In this document: one piece after another, positions 7,729 through 16,187 of the stretch
Numbering within the stretch: position 1 is the stretch's first letter
Layout: every line of letters begins with the position of its first letter
Assembly (NCBI GenBank): GCA_018896215.1
Contig: JAHINB010000006.1
Span: 2,941-66,940 of the forward strand
Length of the DNA stretch: 64,000 nucleotides
DNA from: Patescibacteria group bacterium
GTDB lineage: Bacteria > Patescibacteriota > WWE3 > 0-14-0-20-40-13
Direction of reading: 5' to 3'
The notes under the pieces: model-generated
What the model saw: the letters and a program-made list of their open reading frames with translations, nothing else
Database searches by the model: none
Told to the model about the DNA's origin: nothing
Translations under genes and position numbers: made by a program

Positions 7729-9986
7729 AAAACTGAATACAACTTCTTGTAGGAATCTAAAAATTTCTCCATAGAATAAATTTTAGCAACTAAATCGTAA
7801 GCTTCTTTTATCTTTTTTTCGTTATATTTAAAATTTAAAATCTTTTGAGCTAAATCATCGGAATCACCTCGTTCAAAGTAGTTTATGGTGTCTTTTCCAA
7901 CATCCTTAAAAACCGGAAGATTGGAAGCCAAAACAGGAACCTCGGCATTCATTGCTTCAATTATTGATATACCAAAACCTTCGGCAAGACTTGGCGAAAC
8001 AAAAAGGTCAAAACTTGTCAATATTTGATATTTTTGGTCGTTCTTAAAGCTTCCTAAAAACCTAACCTTGGAGGAAATATTAAGCTTTCGGCAAAGACCC
8101 TCCAAGGATTCTCGTAAATTGCCATCCCCAGCTAAAACAAGATAAGCATTATTATTTTTTTGCAGAATCTTGGAAAATGCTCTAATTAAAACCTCGTGTC
8201 CCTTTTCTACAGTTAGTCTCCCTATGTTACCTATAACAAAAGCTTCTCTGGGAATTTTCCAATGTATTCTTAGAGCTGTTGGGGATTTCGGGTATACCTT
8301 GATACCAATCCCATTGGGAACAATTTCTATCTTGCTTGGGTTTATCCCCTCCTTTTCTACTCTTTCAATCTTAATTGATTTCGTTAGCGCAATAACTTTT
8401 GTGGCTAAAAAGTTTCCGGCAATTTTATTCGCTACGAGATTTAATTTAAAAAGGATGGGCTTTTTCCATTTCGGAAGTTGCCAATAAGTTATCGGGGTAT
8501 GAACATGATAAATCCTTGCTGGTGTTCCTGCTAAAAAACCCGCGAGCATGGCGTTAAAACCCGCTTTTAGCTCGTGGGCATGAAGAGCAATGGGATTAAG
8601 TGGCTTAACTAGCTTAAGTAGCTTAAATACATACAAAGGATCGAAATCCAGACAAGGATATAACTCCACAAAATTAGCACCACTTGCTTGATATTCTTTG
8701 ACCATGGAACCACCTTTGCAAACAACCGTAAAATTAAAATCTTTTGCAAGACCTTTTACAATATCTCCCACCTGGCGTTCTACACCTCCTAATTGTTCTC
8801 CCGAATTAAGTGCAATTACAACATTTGGCTTTTTTTTTGGTCTCACCCCTTTTTGGATCCCTTTTTGAATTATTTCGAGTTGATTCTTTACTTTATTGTC
8901 CCAAGAATTATTTTTGGCTAGTAATATTCGTGCCTCCCTTTTTTCCTTATTGTCTTCCTTCAAGGATTTTACAATTAGTTTTACGAATTCATTGTGATCT
9001 TTTGCAATGTAGCATTGATCTTTATAATTAAAATAGCTTTTAAGAGCAGTTACGATTGTGGGAAGACCGCAAGATAGAGCCTCAAAAAATTTAACGGGAA
9101 AAGATGTATAATTTTTCGGATCGTAGGGGATAAAGTAGGCATCAAAATTTTGGTAGTAAGCTGGGAGATCAACAAATCTTTTCTGACCTAACAAATAAAT
9201 ATTTTTATATTTTAAAAGGGCCGTGGAATCAAATTGAGAATTTTGGGAAACTTTTTGCGGACCAATTAAAACAAAAGAGACTGCGGGAAGTTCTTGGGCG
9301 CATTTTGCAACAAGCAAGATATCTATTTTAAAATCATCCAGCGCTCCCGCAAAACCTACTATTGGGTGTGGTATATTCCGCAAATCCTCTGGGGTACTAT
9401 TTTGAGGCTTAGAGAATAATTCAAAATCTCCCGCGTTTGGCGTGTAATAACTGTTTTGATTAATTTTTTTTGCTTTCTCGTAAAGGGAAACTGCCGAGGT
9501 AAAACAAAGGTTCGCTTTTTCTAGTAACCACTGTTCCCTTTGGTGCAACCAATCTTTTACTTTTGCGTACTCTGGAAATTCTGTATATTCATCAACCATG
9601 TCGTAAATTAATTTTGTCGGTTTAATTTGTTTAATTAGCAATTCTAAATCGGGATAGCCGACATGATAAACCCAAAGTACTATATTTTTGCCAGCCAGTA
9701 TTTTGATTTTCCAGGCTGTGTATTTAGTAAATAGCCAATCTAGCACGGGAAATGTTTTAGAAATGTCTTTCTGGGGCGATGGTCTAAATAAAGTCAGAAC
9801 TCTTACTCCATAGAAATCTACACTACAGTCTTTTTTTGTAAAAGTATTGCGTAAAGCTTTTAACCTTAGCGGAGGATCTACAAATACCACTTTATGACCA
9901 AGTTTGGCAAGTCTTGTTGCCACATGCCATTTGTTGGTTTTTAATTCCTGCGAAAACGACTGATTGGATAAAATAACTATATTCAT
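7722..9986 (-). CDS. Two-domain glycosyltransferase: N-terminal GT-B-like domain fused to a C-terminal GT4 domain. The fusion looks recent (see findings).
   Basis: The C-domain begins like an independent GT4 (KPNVVIALNSGEQLGGVERQV...GRLTVEKGHEVLIRAF...SLAEGFGISIIEAMNAEVPVLASN). The linker GVRPKKKPN is encoded by a remnant of an intergenic palindrome plus an A9 tract. Confidence 0.7.
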   Translation of the reverse strand: MNIVILSNQSFSQELKTNKWHVATRLAKLGHKVVFVDPPLRLKALRNTFTKKDCSVDFYGVRVLTLFRPSPQKDISKTFPVLDWLFTKYTAWKIKILAGKNIVLWVYHVGYPDLELLIKQIKPTKLIYDMVDEYTEFPEYAKVKDWLHQREQWLLEKANLCFTSAVSLYEKAKKINQNSYYTPNAGDFELFSKPQNSTPEDLRNIPHPIVGFAGALDDFKIDILLVAKCAQELPAVSFVLIGPQKVSQNSQFDSTALLKYKNIYLLGQKRFVDLPAYYQNFDAYFIPYDPKNYTSFPVKFFEALSCGLPTIVTALKSYFNYKDQCYIAKDHNEFVKLIVKSLKEDNKEKREARILLAKNNSWDNKVKNQLEIIQKGIQKGVRPKKKPNVVIALNSGEQLGGVERQVGDIVKGLAKDFNFTVVCKGGSMVKEYQASGANFVELYPCLDFDPLYVFKLLKLVKPLNPIALHAHELKAGFNAMLAGFLAGTPARIYHVHTPITYWQLPKWKKPILFKLNLVANKIAGNFLATKVIALTKSIKIERVEKEGINPSKIEIVPNGIGIKVYPKSPTALRIHWKIPREAFVIGNIGRLTVEKGHEVLIRAFSKILQKNNNAYLVLAGDGNLRESLEGLCRKLNISSKVRFLGSFKNDQKYQILTSFDLFVSPSLAEGFGISIIEAMNAEVPVLASNLPVFKDVGKDTINYFERGDSDDLAQKILNFKYNEKKIKEAYDLVAKIYSMEKFLDSYKKLYSVLG

Positions 9987-10012
9987 TTTTGTATCATAAA
10001 AAACAAACTCGT

Positions 10013-11644
10013 TTATTTTTCAAATCCCAAAACGGCAACTGTAGGCTCAACAGAACTTCGGGCAGGAAAAAGCTTTATAACTCGCATAGTATCTATTGCC
10101 CAAGCATCACCACTAGGATATCTGCAGTTTGCTGGAAAATTAGTCTTTAAACGAGCATCTAAATCGTAATCTCCTGTTACCACTAAACTTATTCCTTTGC
10201 TTTTAAAATAAGCAATTTGATCGGTATGCCCAATTTCTCGGTCCATCTCCCTAAAAACCTCGTCGATTTTTACTGCGTTATACCCCGCTCCATTTACATA
10301 ATCATCTAGATTTACGCTATAAGCACCACTAATACCAACAATTGAGCCCGGAGTAACATTCTGTAAAATCCAATTTTCGGCTCGCCTTCTGGTATCACCT
10401 GTTGCAAAAACATAATTCATTACAACCCCACGATAAAACAAACCTCCAAATGTTAAGATAAAAAATAAACCAAGTAGCATACCTCTTACCGTGGGTTGTT
10501 GAATTCTGTGAAATATGTAATTTACAGCGTGCTTAAATCCAACCGCAGATAAAATGGCAAAGAAGGGGTAAACTGGATTTAGGTAGTGTTGATAGAACAA
10601 TTTTAAAGTCCCCATATACCAAAAATACGCTAATGGGAAAAACAATAGAAAAAAACTAATGTTTGTATAATTTCTAAGCACGGCAAATATCCCAAGCAGC
10701 ACTAATAACGCCCCTATAACCCCAAAGGATAGTCCGACACCTGTCTTATATCTAGATTCTCCAAGATTAAAATTTAATAGGGATTCTGATATTGGACCTC
10801 TTTGTCTCTTAAATTGCCACAACGCTCCGACCGGAGAATCACTTTTTACAAAAGTTTTAAAATCTAACAAGGCATAAGGAGTACCAATAAAAAATCCCGC
10901 CACAGACATTACTGCTGCAATTATAAGATTCTTTGAAAAAATAACCTCCCGATACGATTTCTTAAATTTGATAACATTTGTCACATGCGCAGAAAAAATG
11001 AGCAAAACGGCAAAAGCACCATTATATTTTGTTGATGTCGCAAATCCTGCAAAAAGACCTGCTAAAGCATAATTTATTAATTTAGTATTTCTTAAAATTC
11101 TTTGCGAAAAGAAAAAAACTAAAACAACCCAAAAGGTAAGCGCGGACTCCAATGTGGCATAATGGGCATCCTCTATATTTTGCAAACTTAAAGCAAAGAA
11201 CAACAGAGATATAACAGCAACATTACGCCCCAAAAATTCCCTTACGCCCTTATAAAAAATTACCAGGGACAAGGATGACATTAAAAATGACACGAAACGA
11301 ATCGCCAGGTAAAATGATGCAGGTCTTTCTAAGAATATAGAACTGGAGTTGTTAACCGAAATGCCAAAAAGGTTTCCGTAAATATCTGTAATTTTTGCCC
11401 AAGCCGAAACTGCAAAAAGAGAAATATACATTTGCATATGAGGCCAATCAAAATGCTTAAGGTTAGAAACTATTCTTAGACCCAGGCCTCCGCTAACGAG
11501 GGCGGTCTCATCGGGATGGTAAATTTTTGGCAGATTCCACCAAATACCAACAAATCTAAGAGCAATCCCTAGAAAAATGATTGATACTACGAACCACTTA
11601 GAGTTGAATATTTTTGTAAAGGTAGTAGTAGTCATATGATCCAA
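10013..11644 (-). CDS. Polytopic membrane protein, GT-C-like (ArnT/PMT_2 superfamily) with a C-terminal extracytoplasmic domain.
   Basis: About 11 predicted TM helices. YHPDETALVSGG motif after TM1 (PMT_2-like acidic loop); paralogous to 17736-19301. The start is probably internal (MTTTT...) given the 47-bp overlap with the next gene. Confidence 0.45.
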   Translation of the reverse strand: MDHMTTTTFTKIFNSKWFVVSIIFLGIALRFVGIWWNLPKIYHPDETALVSGGLGLRIVSNLKHFDWPHMQMYISLFAVSAWAKITDIYGNLFGISVNNSSSIFLERPASFYLAIRFVSFLMSSLSLVIFYKGVREFLGRNVAVISLLFFALSLQNIEDAHYATLESALTFWVVLVFFFSQRILRNTKLINYALAGLFAGFATSTKYNGAFAVLLIFSAHVTNVIKFKKSYREVIFSKNLIIAAVMSVAGFFIGTPYALLDFKTFVKSDSPVGALWQFKRQRGPISESLLNFNLGESRYKTGVGLSFGVIGALLVLLGIFAVLRNYTNISFFLLFFPLAYFWYMGTLKLFYQHYLNPVYPFFAILSAVGFKHAVNYIFHRIQQPTVRGMLLGLFFILTFGGLFYRGVVMNYVFATGDTRRRAENWILQNVTPGSIVGISGAYSVNLDDYVNGAGYNAVKIDEVFREMDREIGHTDQIAYFKSKGISLVVTGDYDLDARLKTNFPANCRYPSGDAWAIDTMRVIKLFPARSSVEPTVAVLGFEK

Positions 11645-13109
11645 TATAAAACACTCTATCTAAACTCATGCTCTTAAGAATTAAAGGCGATCTAGCATCA
11701 TCCCTTTGCACTACAACGTAATCGACTTCTGAAAAGTCGGTAACGGAATCTATTGAAACAACAATACCCAAAAATGTTGGTCTTACACTAGCATCATTAT
11801 AAGTGGCAAGTGTAATATTTTCCACCCCCGGCTTTTTATTTAAATAATTAGTAACCCGCATGTATCCAGTTGCCCAATCCTGAAGCCCAACGGCATTTAC
11901 TGCCATATGAGACCCACCAACAAGCGGGTTAAAGTAGGCAAAAAAATCTGGGAACAGAGGAAGTATTTGAACAGCAGATACAACAACCAGCACTACAGCA
12001 ACAAAAAACTGCTTTCGCGGAACTACCTTGGATAATGCGTAGCCTGCAAAAATTGCCAGTGGCGGAAAAAGGGGAATGAGGTACCTGTCTATCTTTTTTG
12101 TGGAAACTGTCATAAAAACAAAATAAACCAAAGTATAAATAGAAACCCCAAGTATCGTCATGGTTTTTGATGACTTTAGTCCTTTAAGCACAACTTTGTA
12201 ATTTGAAAATATTAGGTATAAAGCAACAGTTAAAAGAATTATTAAAACTGGGCTGGCTCTAAAAATAAATTGTGTGGGGTAAAACAGTATTCCTGGATTT
12301 AAAGATTCTTGCCCAAAGAAAATTTGGGGCTGCCCACCCTGACCTGTCTTAATAACCCCGTCGTAGATTATTTTTGTTATAACACGAATTGGATCTACCC
12401 AACAGGCTGGAAACAAAATTAAAAACGCTGTAAGTCCTGCTACTGCATAAATTACTAAGGACAGTATATTGCCGAATAACAGAGAGATTATTACAATGGT
12501 TGGAAATAATGTAAGGGAGGAGACCTTTGTCAATACTGCCAACCCAAATAATATCCCAGAAAAAATGGCGTCTTTAGTGCGTTTGGATTTTTGATACTTT
12601 ATAAAAAACAAAACGGAGTTAATTCCCAAAAGAGAAAGCATACCGTCTAGATGTAAAACCCTGGTGTTACCTATAAAAAATGGCTCCAGTAATAAAATTA
12701 AAACCGAATAAAAAGCTATCTTTTGATTAAACAATTTCTCAATCAATTTGTAGAGCAAAATTATAAAGGCGAAGTTAAAAAGTACTAAAGGAAGGGTCTC
12801 GGAAAATAATATCCAACGAAAATTGCTAACATTAAAATAAACAGGTCTTATCCCGTACTTTAATTTATAAAATACACTATATATCTCCTGCCCAAAACCA
12901 GAAAGCCACATGAGGGTAACTCCGGGGTGATATGTCCTATAAGTCTCTAAAAAATTATAGTTTTTAAGATATGCCCAAAATTGCACAGCCCTGTAGTTCC
13001 ATGCGGGAGCATCCACATTCACAATATCGTTTCCCAACATTGGCAGACGAGAAATAAAGTAGACGAGAGATAAAAATATCAGATTAAGATGTTTCTTTAG
13101 ATTTATCAT
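11598..13109 (-). CDS. Polytopic membrane protein, GT-C-like; member of the HPGVT-MW paralog family.
   Basis: WNYRAVQFWAYLKNYNFLETYRTYHPGVTLMWLSG motif shared with 27951-29450, 37092-38699 and 34046-35563. Many TMs plus a C-terminal soluble domain. Confidence 0.45.
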   Translation of the reverse strand: MINLKKHLNLIFLSLVYFISRLPMLGNDIVNVDAPAWNYRAVQFWAYLKNYNFLETYRTYHPGVTLMWLSGFGQEIYSVFYKLKYGIRPVYFNVSNFRWILFSETLPLVLFNFAFIILLYKLIEKLFNQKIAFYSVLILLLEPFFIGNTRVLHLDGMLSLLGINSVLFFIKYQKSKRTKDAIFSGILFGLAVLTKVSSLTLFPTIVIISLLFGNILSLVIYAVAGLTAFLILFPACWVDPIRVITKIIYDGVIKTGQGGQPQIFFGQESLNPGILFYPTQFIFRASPVLIILLTVALYLIFSNYKVVLKGLKSSKTMTILGVSIYTLVYFVFMTVSTKKIDRYLIPLFPPLAIFAGYALSKVVPRKQFFVAVVLVVVSAVQILPLFPDFFAYFNPLVGGSHMAVNAVGLQDWATGYMRVTNYLNKKPGVENITLATYNDASVRPTFLGIVVSIDSVTDFSEVDYVVVQRDDARSPLILKSMSLDRVFYIGSYDYYYLYKNIQL

Positions 13110-13983
13110 TACTCACTAGAAGCAAAAATCCACCAATAAGACTAACCGAGACTCGTGTGGCATGGTACAGCAGCGAAGATGTTGCCGACAGAACAGGGGA
13201 GATTCCCCAAAATAGTAAGAATTTACCATAGAAAAAATCTTGAATACCAATACCATTAAAAGACAAGGGCAAGAAACTTAAAAATCCAATTATAGGAAAT
13301 ACAAAAAAAGCCTGTGGGAGTGTAATTGATATACCAACTGACCTGGTGGCAAAAAAATGCGCCAAGTTTGCCACAATTTGAACGAGCAACGAAAAAAACA
13401 GAGACTTGACAATGCTATCTTTGTGAAAGCGATAGAGATGAATTGCATCGTTAAAAGGCTTTAATTTTGGAATTAGTCTGGAAAATAAATCAAGCGAAAC
13501 AAAACCAAGTATACAAAGAATCCAAAAAGCGATAAAAATCAAAATCCCCCAAAATCCCAAAAGTACAACCAAACTTATAGTCGAAAGTAAAGCTAAGATA
13601 ACTAAACCGGAAAGCCTGTTAGCAAAGGTTGCTCCAGTAGCTTTTGGCATATCATTAGTGTTTTTCCCAAGAACATAGGCTTTATAAACATCGCCCCCGA
13701 TACTCGTGGGCATAAAATTATTAAAGAAAGCCCCAATAAAATACAGCTTAATCAACTTAAAAACACCACGACCGTTAAACGAGGAAGAAAAAAAGATTAA
13801 AGACCGCCACCTAAAACCACTAATTATGTAATTAAGACAGATCATTAAAAATGACAAAAGCAGATACCACAAGTTGGCGGTTCTTATGGTAGCAAGTACC
13901 GAATTAAAATCCAACTTTTGATAGAGGATAGAAAGAACAAGAAGTGATATTACCAATCGTAAAATGAGGGATTTATTGCTCAT
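13084..13983 (-). CDS. Flippase-like membrane protein (lysylphosphatidylglycerol-synthase TM region / UPF0104-like).
   Basis: 299 aa, about 8 TMs, the RW motif (ISGFRWRSLIF), and adjacency to a GtrB/ArnC-type GT2. Confidence 0.45.
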   Translation of the reverse strand: MSNKSLILRLVISLLVLSILYQKLDFNSVLATIRTANLWYLLLSFLMICLNYIISGFRWRSLIFFSSSFNGRGVFKLIKLYFIGAFFNNFMPTSIGGDVYKAYVLGKNTNDMPKATGATFANRLSGLVILALLSTISLVVLLGFWGILIFIAFWILCILGFVSLDLFSRLIPKLKPFNDAIHLYRFHKDSIVKSLFFSLLVQIVANLAHFFATRSVGISITLPQAFFVFPIIGFLSFLPLSFNGIGIQDFFYGKFLLFWGISPVLSATSSLLYHATRVSVSLIGGFLLLVSNDKSKETS

Positions 13984-13991
13984 GTGAGATG

Positions 13992-14990
13992 TTAAGCTAC
14001 CTCTTCTCTAACAATATAAGTTCTTTTGCCTTGAGATTCAAAATAAATTCTAAGCATAAGTTCTCCCAAAAGACCGAGAGAGATAAACTGAAATCCCAAA
14101 ATAATAAGAAGGACCGACAAAAACAAAAGCGGTCTTGTGCCAATATTTTGACCCAATACAATTTTATCAAAGGCTAAAATACTACCTAAAAATCCGCCTA
14201 GTATCATGGAGATAATCCCCGTACCGCCAAAAATCCTAATCGGCATCATAGTAAAAGGTTTGGTAGAAAAAGAAAGCAAAAATTTTAAAGCGATGATATC
14301 TAAAAACACCTTAAATGTCCGAGATAAACCAACCTTACCATAGGCAGACTCCCCATAAATACGAGGATTAAAAGCCACATCAACTTCGCAAATCTTTGCT
14401 CCAAACATAGAGCAGTAAGCAGGCAAAAACCTATGCATATCTCCATAAAGATGCATATTTTGAACAAGTACTCTCCTAAAACCCTTTACTCCTGAACCCG
14501 TATCTTTAACCTGCAACCCAGACATCTTGTTAATAACTCTGTTCGCCAAAATCGATGGGATTCTTTTAAAGAACGATTTTCCTGCATCTTCTTTGTAGCG
14601 TTCTTCCCTATTTGTGTTTACCATATCATAGCCCTCCTCAAGCTTGCCTATGACTTTTTCTATCTCTTCTGCCGGGGTTTCGTTGTCCGAAGAAAAAGTT
14701 ATAACAAAATCGCCTTTTGACGCGTCAAACCCCGCTTGGTAGGCTGCCGTTTGCCCATAATTTCTCATGTGTCGAACGCCTTTAAAGCCTTTATTTTGTG
14801 AGAAACAAACTTGTTTATTTTCTCTACAAACTTGTGTTATTTCTTCCCAAGTAGCATCCTTTGACCCATCGTCAACAAAAATCACCTCCCAAGACTTACC
14901 AATTTTTGTGAGAACTTCTTTGAGACCATCTGCCGATGGTCTGATATTTTTTTCCTCGTTATAGCAAGGAACTACAATTGAAATGTTCAT
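13992..14990 (-). CDS. Family-2 glycosyltransferase of polyprenol-phosphate sugar synthase type (ArnC/GtrB/DPM1-like) with a C-terminal double TM.
   Basis: MNISIVVPCYNEEKNI, VIFVDDGSKD, and a C-terminal TM hairpin FTMMPIRIFGGTGIISMILGGFLGSILAF...LLFLSVLLIILGFQFISLGLLGE. Confidence 0.75.
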   Translation of the reverse strand: MNISIVVPCYNEEKNIRPSADGLKEVLTKIGKSWEVIFVDDGSKDATWEEITQVCRENKQVCFSQNKGFKGVRHMRNYGQTAAYQAGFDASKGDFVITFSSDNETPAEEIEKVIGKLEEGYDMVNTNREERYKEDAGKSFFKRIPSILANRVINKMSGLQVKDTGSGVKGFRRVLVQNMHLYGDMHRFLPAYCSMFGAKICEVDVAFNPRIYGESAYGKVGLSRTFKVFLDIIALKFLLSFSTKPFTMMPIRIFGGTGIISMILGGFLGSILAFDKIVLGQNIGTRPLLFLSVLLIILGFQFISLGLLGELMLRIYFESQGKRTYIVREEVA

Positions 14991-16144
14991 GTAATGTTAT
15001 TATACAACTTGAGATATCTTTGTGCTATTTCTGACCAATCAAACTCTTGAGAATATTTCTTTTGGTACTCTTGAATCTTACAATAGAGATCTTTATCTTT
15101 TATTAGCTTGATAATTTTATTAGCCATATCTACAAAGTTCCCAGGTTTAAACAGCAACCCAGTTTGAAGATCCTTAACATAGTCCCAAGTACCTGGGCTA
15201 TTAGCTGCAACAATTGGTAACTTTGCCGATATTGCCTCTAGGATTACATTGGGACAACCCTCTATTAACGAACTAAAAACAAACAGGTCGGCTTTGTTAT
15301 ATAAATCCAAAACTTCCTGCGGAGGATATTGCAAAAAGTCACCACGATCTTTTGGAAGTTTCCCAAGCAGAGTTACATTGTTTGTAATCCCGAGTTGAGA
15401 AATGATTGGAGTAAGCCCCCCTTCGTTCCCGCCAACAATGTCAAGATGGGCTTGCGGGAACTCCTTGACAACTACAGCTAAAGCTTTAAGCATTGTAGGA
15501 TAATCCTTCTTTGGTACATTCCTTCCAACAGTTAGCAATCTTATCTCCCCTATCTTCTTCGTTACCCCAATTTCCCCTATCTTAAATTTCTCTAAATCGA
15601 CACCGTTTGAGATTCCCACAATCTTTTCTTTTAGCTTACCGTTGGTAAACTCCATAATGGTTTTTTTGACAGTAGGACTTATGGCAACAATTTTTGTGGC
15701 AAGATTAAGAGCTTGAGTAACTCGTGATTTATAAAATGGGTTGGAGATTCTTCCGTATGAGATAGATTTGTCAAACTGAATATCTTCGCCAGTTGGTCGT
15801 AAAATAACCGGGACATTAAATATTTTTCCAAAAATTCCTGCGACAAATCCAGGCTCATACAAAACAACTGCTTGAACAAGATTAAAGCGGTATTTCAAAT
15901 GATAATAGGAAAGATTGAGTAAGAGGATTGCTTCTAATAGTCTTTTGTGCTGTAAAAAAGGGTTGATAAATCGCAGGCGTAATATTGAATAATTGGGCTT
16001 AAAATTAACTAGCATCTTTTGATCAAAAGGGACAAGAACAAAAACGGTTTGAGATTCGGATAGATGGGTTCCTAATCCATGAATAAATCTCTCCCCCCCA
16101 CCCGTATTCGGAAAAAAAGTTGTCGAAAATATACAAATATTCAT
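14987..16144 (-). CDS. Glycosyltransferase family 1 (GT4).
   Basis: LLTVGRNVPKKDYPTMLKA...SSLIEGCPNVILEAISAKLPIVAAN. The track start is TTG at 16150; ATG at 16144 is more likely. A G7 homopolymer lies in the 5' region (16091-16097). Confidence 0.75.
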   Translation of the reverse strand: MNICIFSTTFFPNTGGGERFIHGLGTHLSESQTVFVLVPFDQKMLVNFKPNYSILRLRFINPFLQHKRLLEAILLLNLSYYHLKYRFNLVQAVVLYEPGFVAGIFGKIFNVPVILRPTGEDIQFDKSISYGRISNPFYKSRVTQALNLATKIVAISPTVKKTIMEFTNGKLKEKIVGISNGVDLEKFKIGEIGVTKKIGEIRLLTVGRNVPKKDYPTMLKALAVVVKEFPQAHLDIVGGNEGGLTPIISQLGITNNVTLLGKLPKDRGDFLQYPPQEVLDLYNKADLFVFSSLIEGCPNVILEAISAKLPIVAANSPGTWDYVKDLQTGLLFKPGNFVDMANKIIKLIKDKDLYCKIQEYQKKYSQEFDWSEIAQRYLKLYNNIT

Positions 16145-16152
16145 ATGCAAAT

Positions 16153-16187
16153 GGGGTGAGACCCAAAATCGGGTCTCACCCCTTTTT
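16153..16187. repeat. Perfect palindromic hairpin (12-bp stem ggggtgagaccc, 6-nt loop) followed by TTTTT on the plus strand. Sits in the spacer between two minus-strand genes.
   Basis: ggggtgagaccc aaaatc gggtctcacccc ttttt. Overlaps the stop codon 16176-16178 of the flippase gene and ends 8 nt before the ATG at 16144. Terminator-like on the plus strand, yet both flanking genes are on the minus strand. Confidence 0.7.

Noticed and set aside
8595-8630. Recurring CTTAAGT-containing 9-bp triplets at 6296-6331, 8601-8628, 23367-23398 and 26075-26105, looked at as a possible dispersed repeat family
   Set aside because: All lie in amphipathic Leu-Lys-Ser helices (SLK / LLK codons CTT AAG), and the surrounding protein context is normal for each family (for example ...LESLKELGSLRLTIVGGG in a GT4). 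Codon-usage coincidence is the simpler explanation, apart from the true 18-bp duplication at 6296-6331.
16153-16187. Annotating hairpin B as the intrinsic terminator of an annotated gene
   Set aside because: The T-tract follows the hairpin only on the plus strand, where no gene ends. On the minus strand, where the flippase gene ends, the hairpin is followed by AUUUGCAU and then the next start codon. It is reported as a palindromic element with uncertain function instead.
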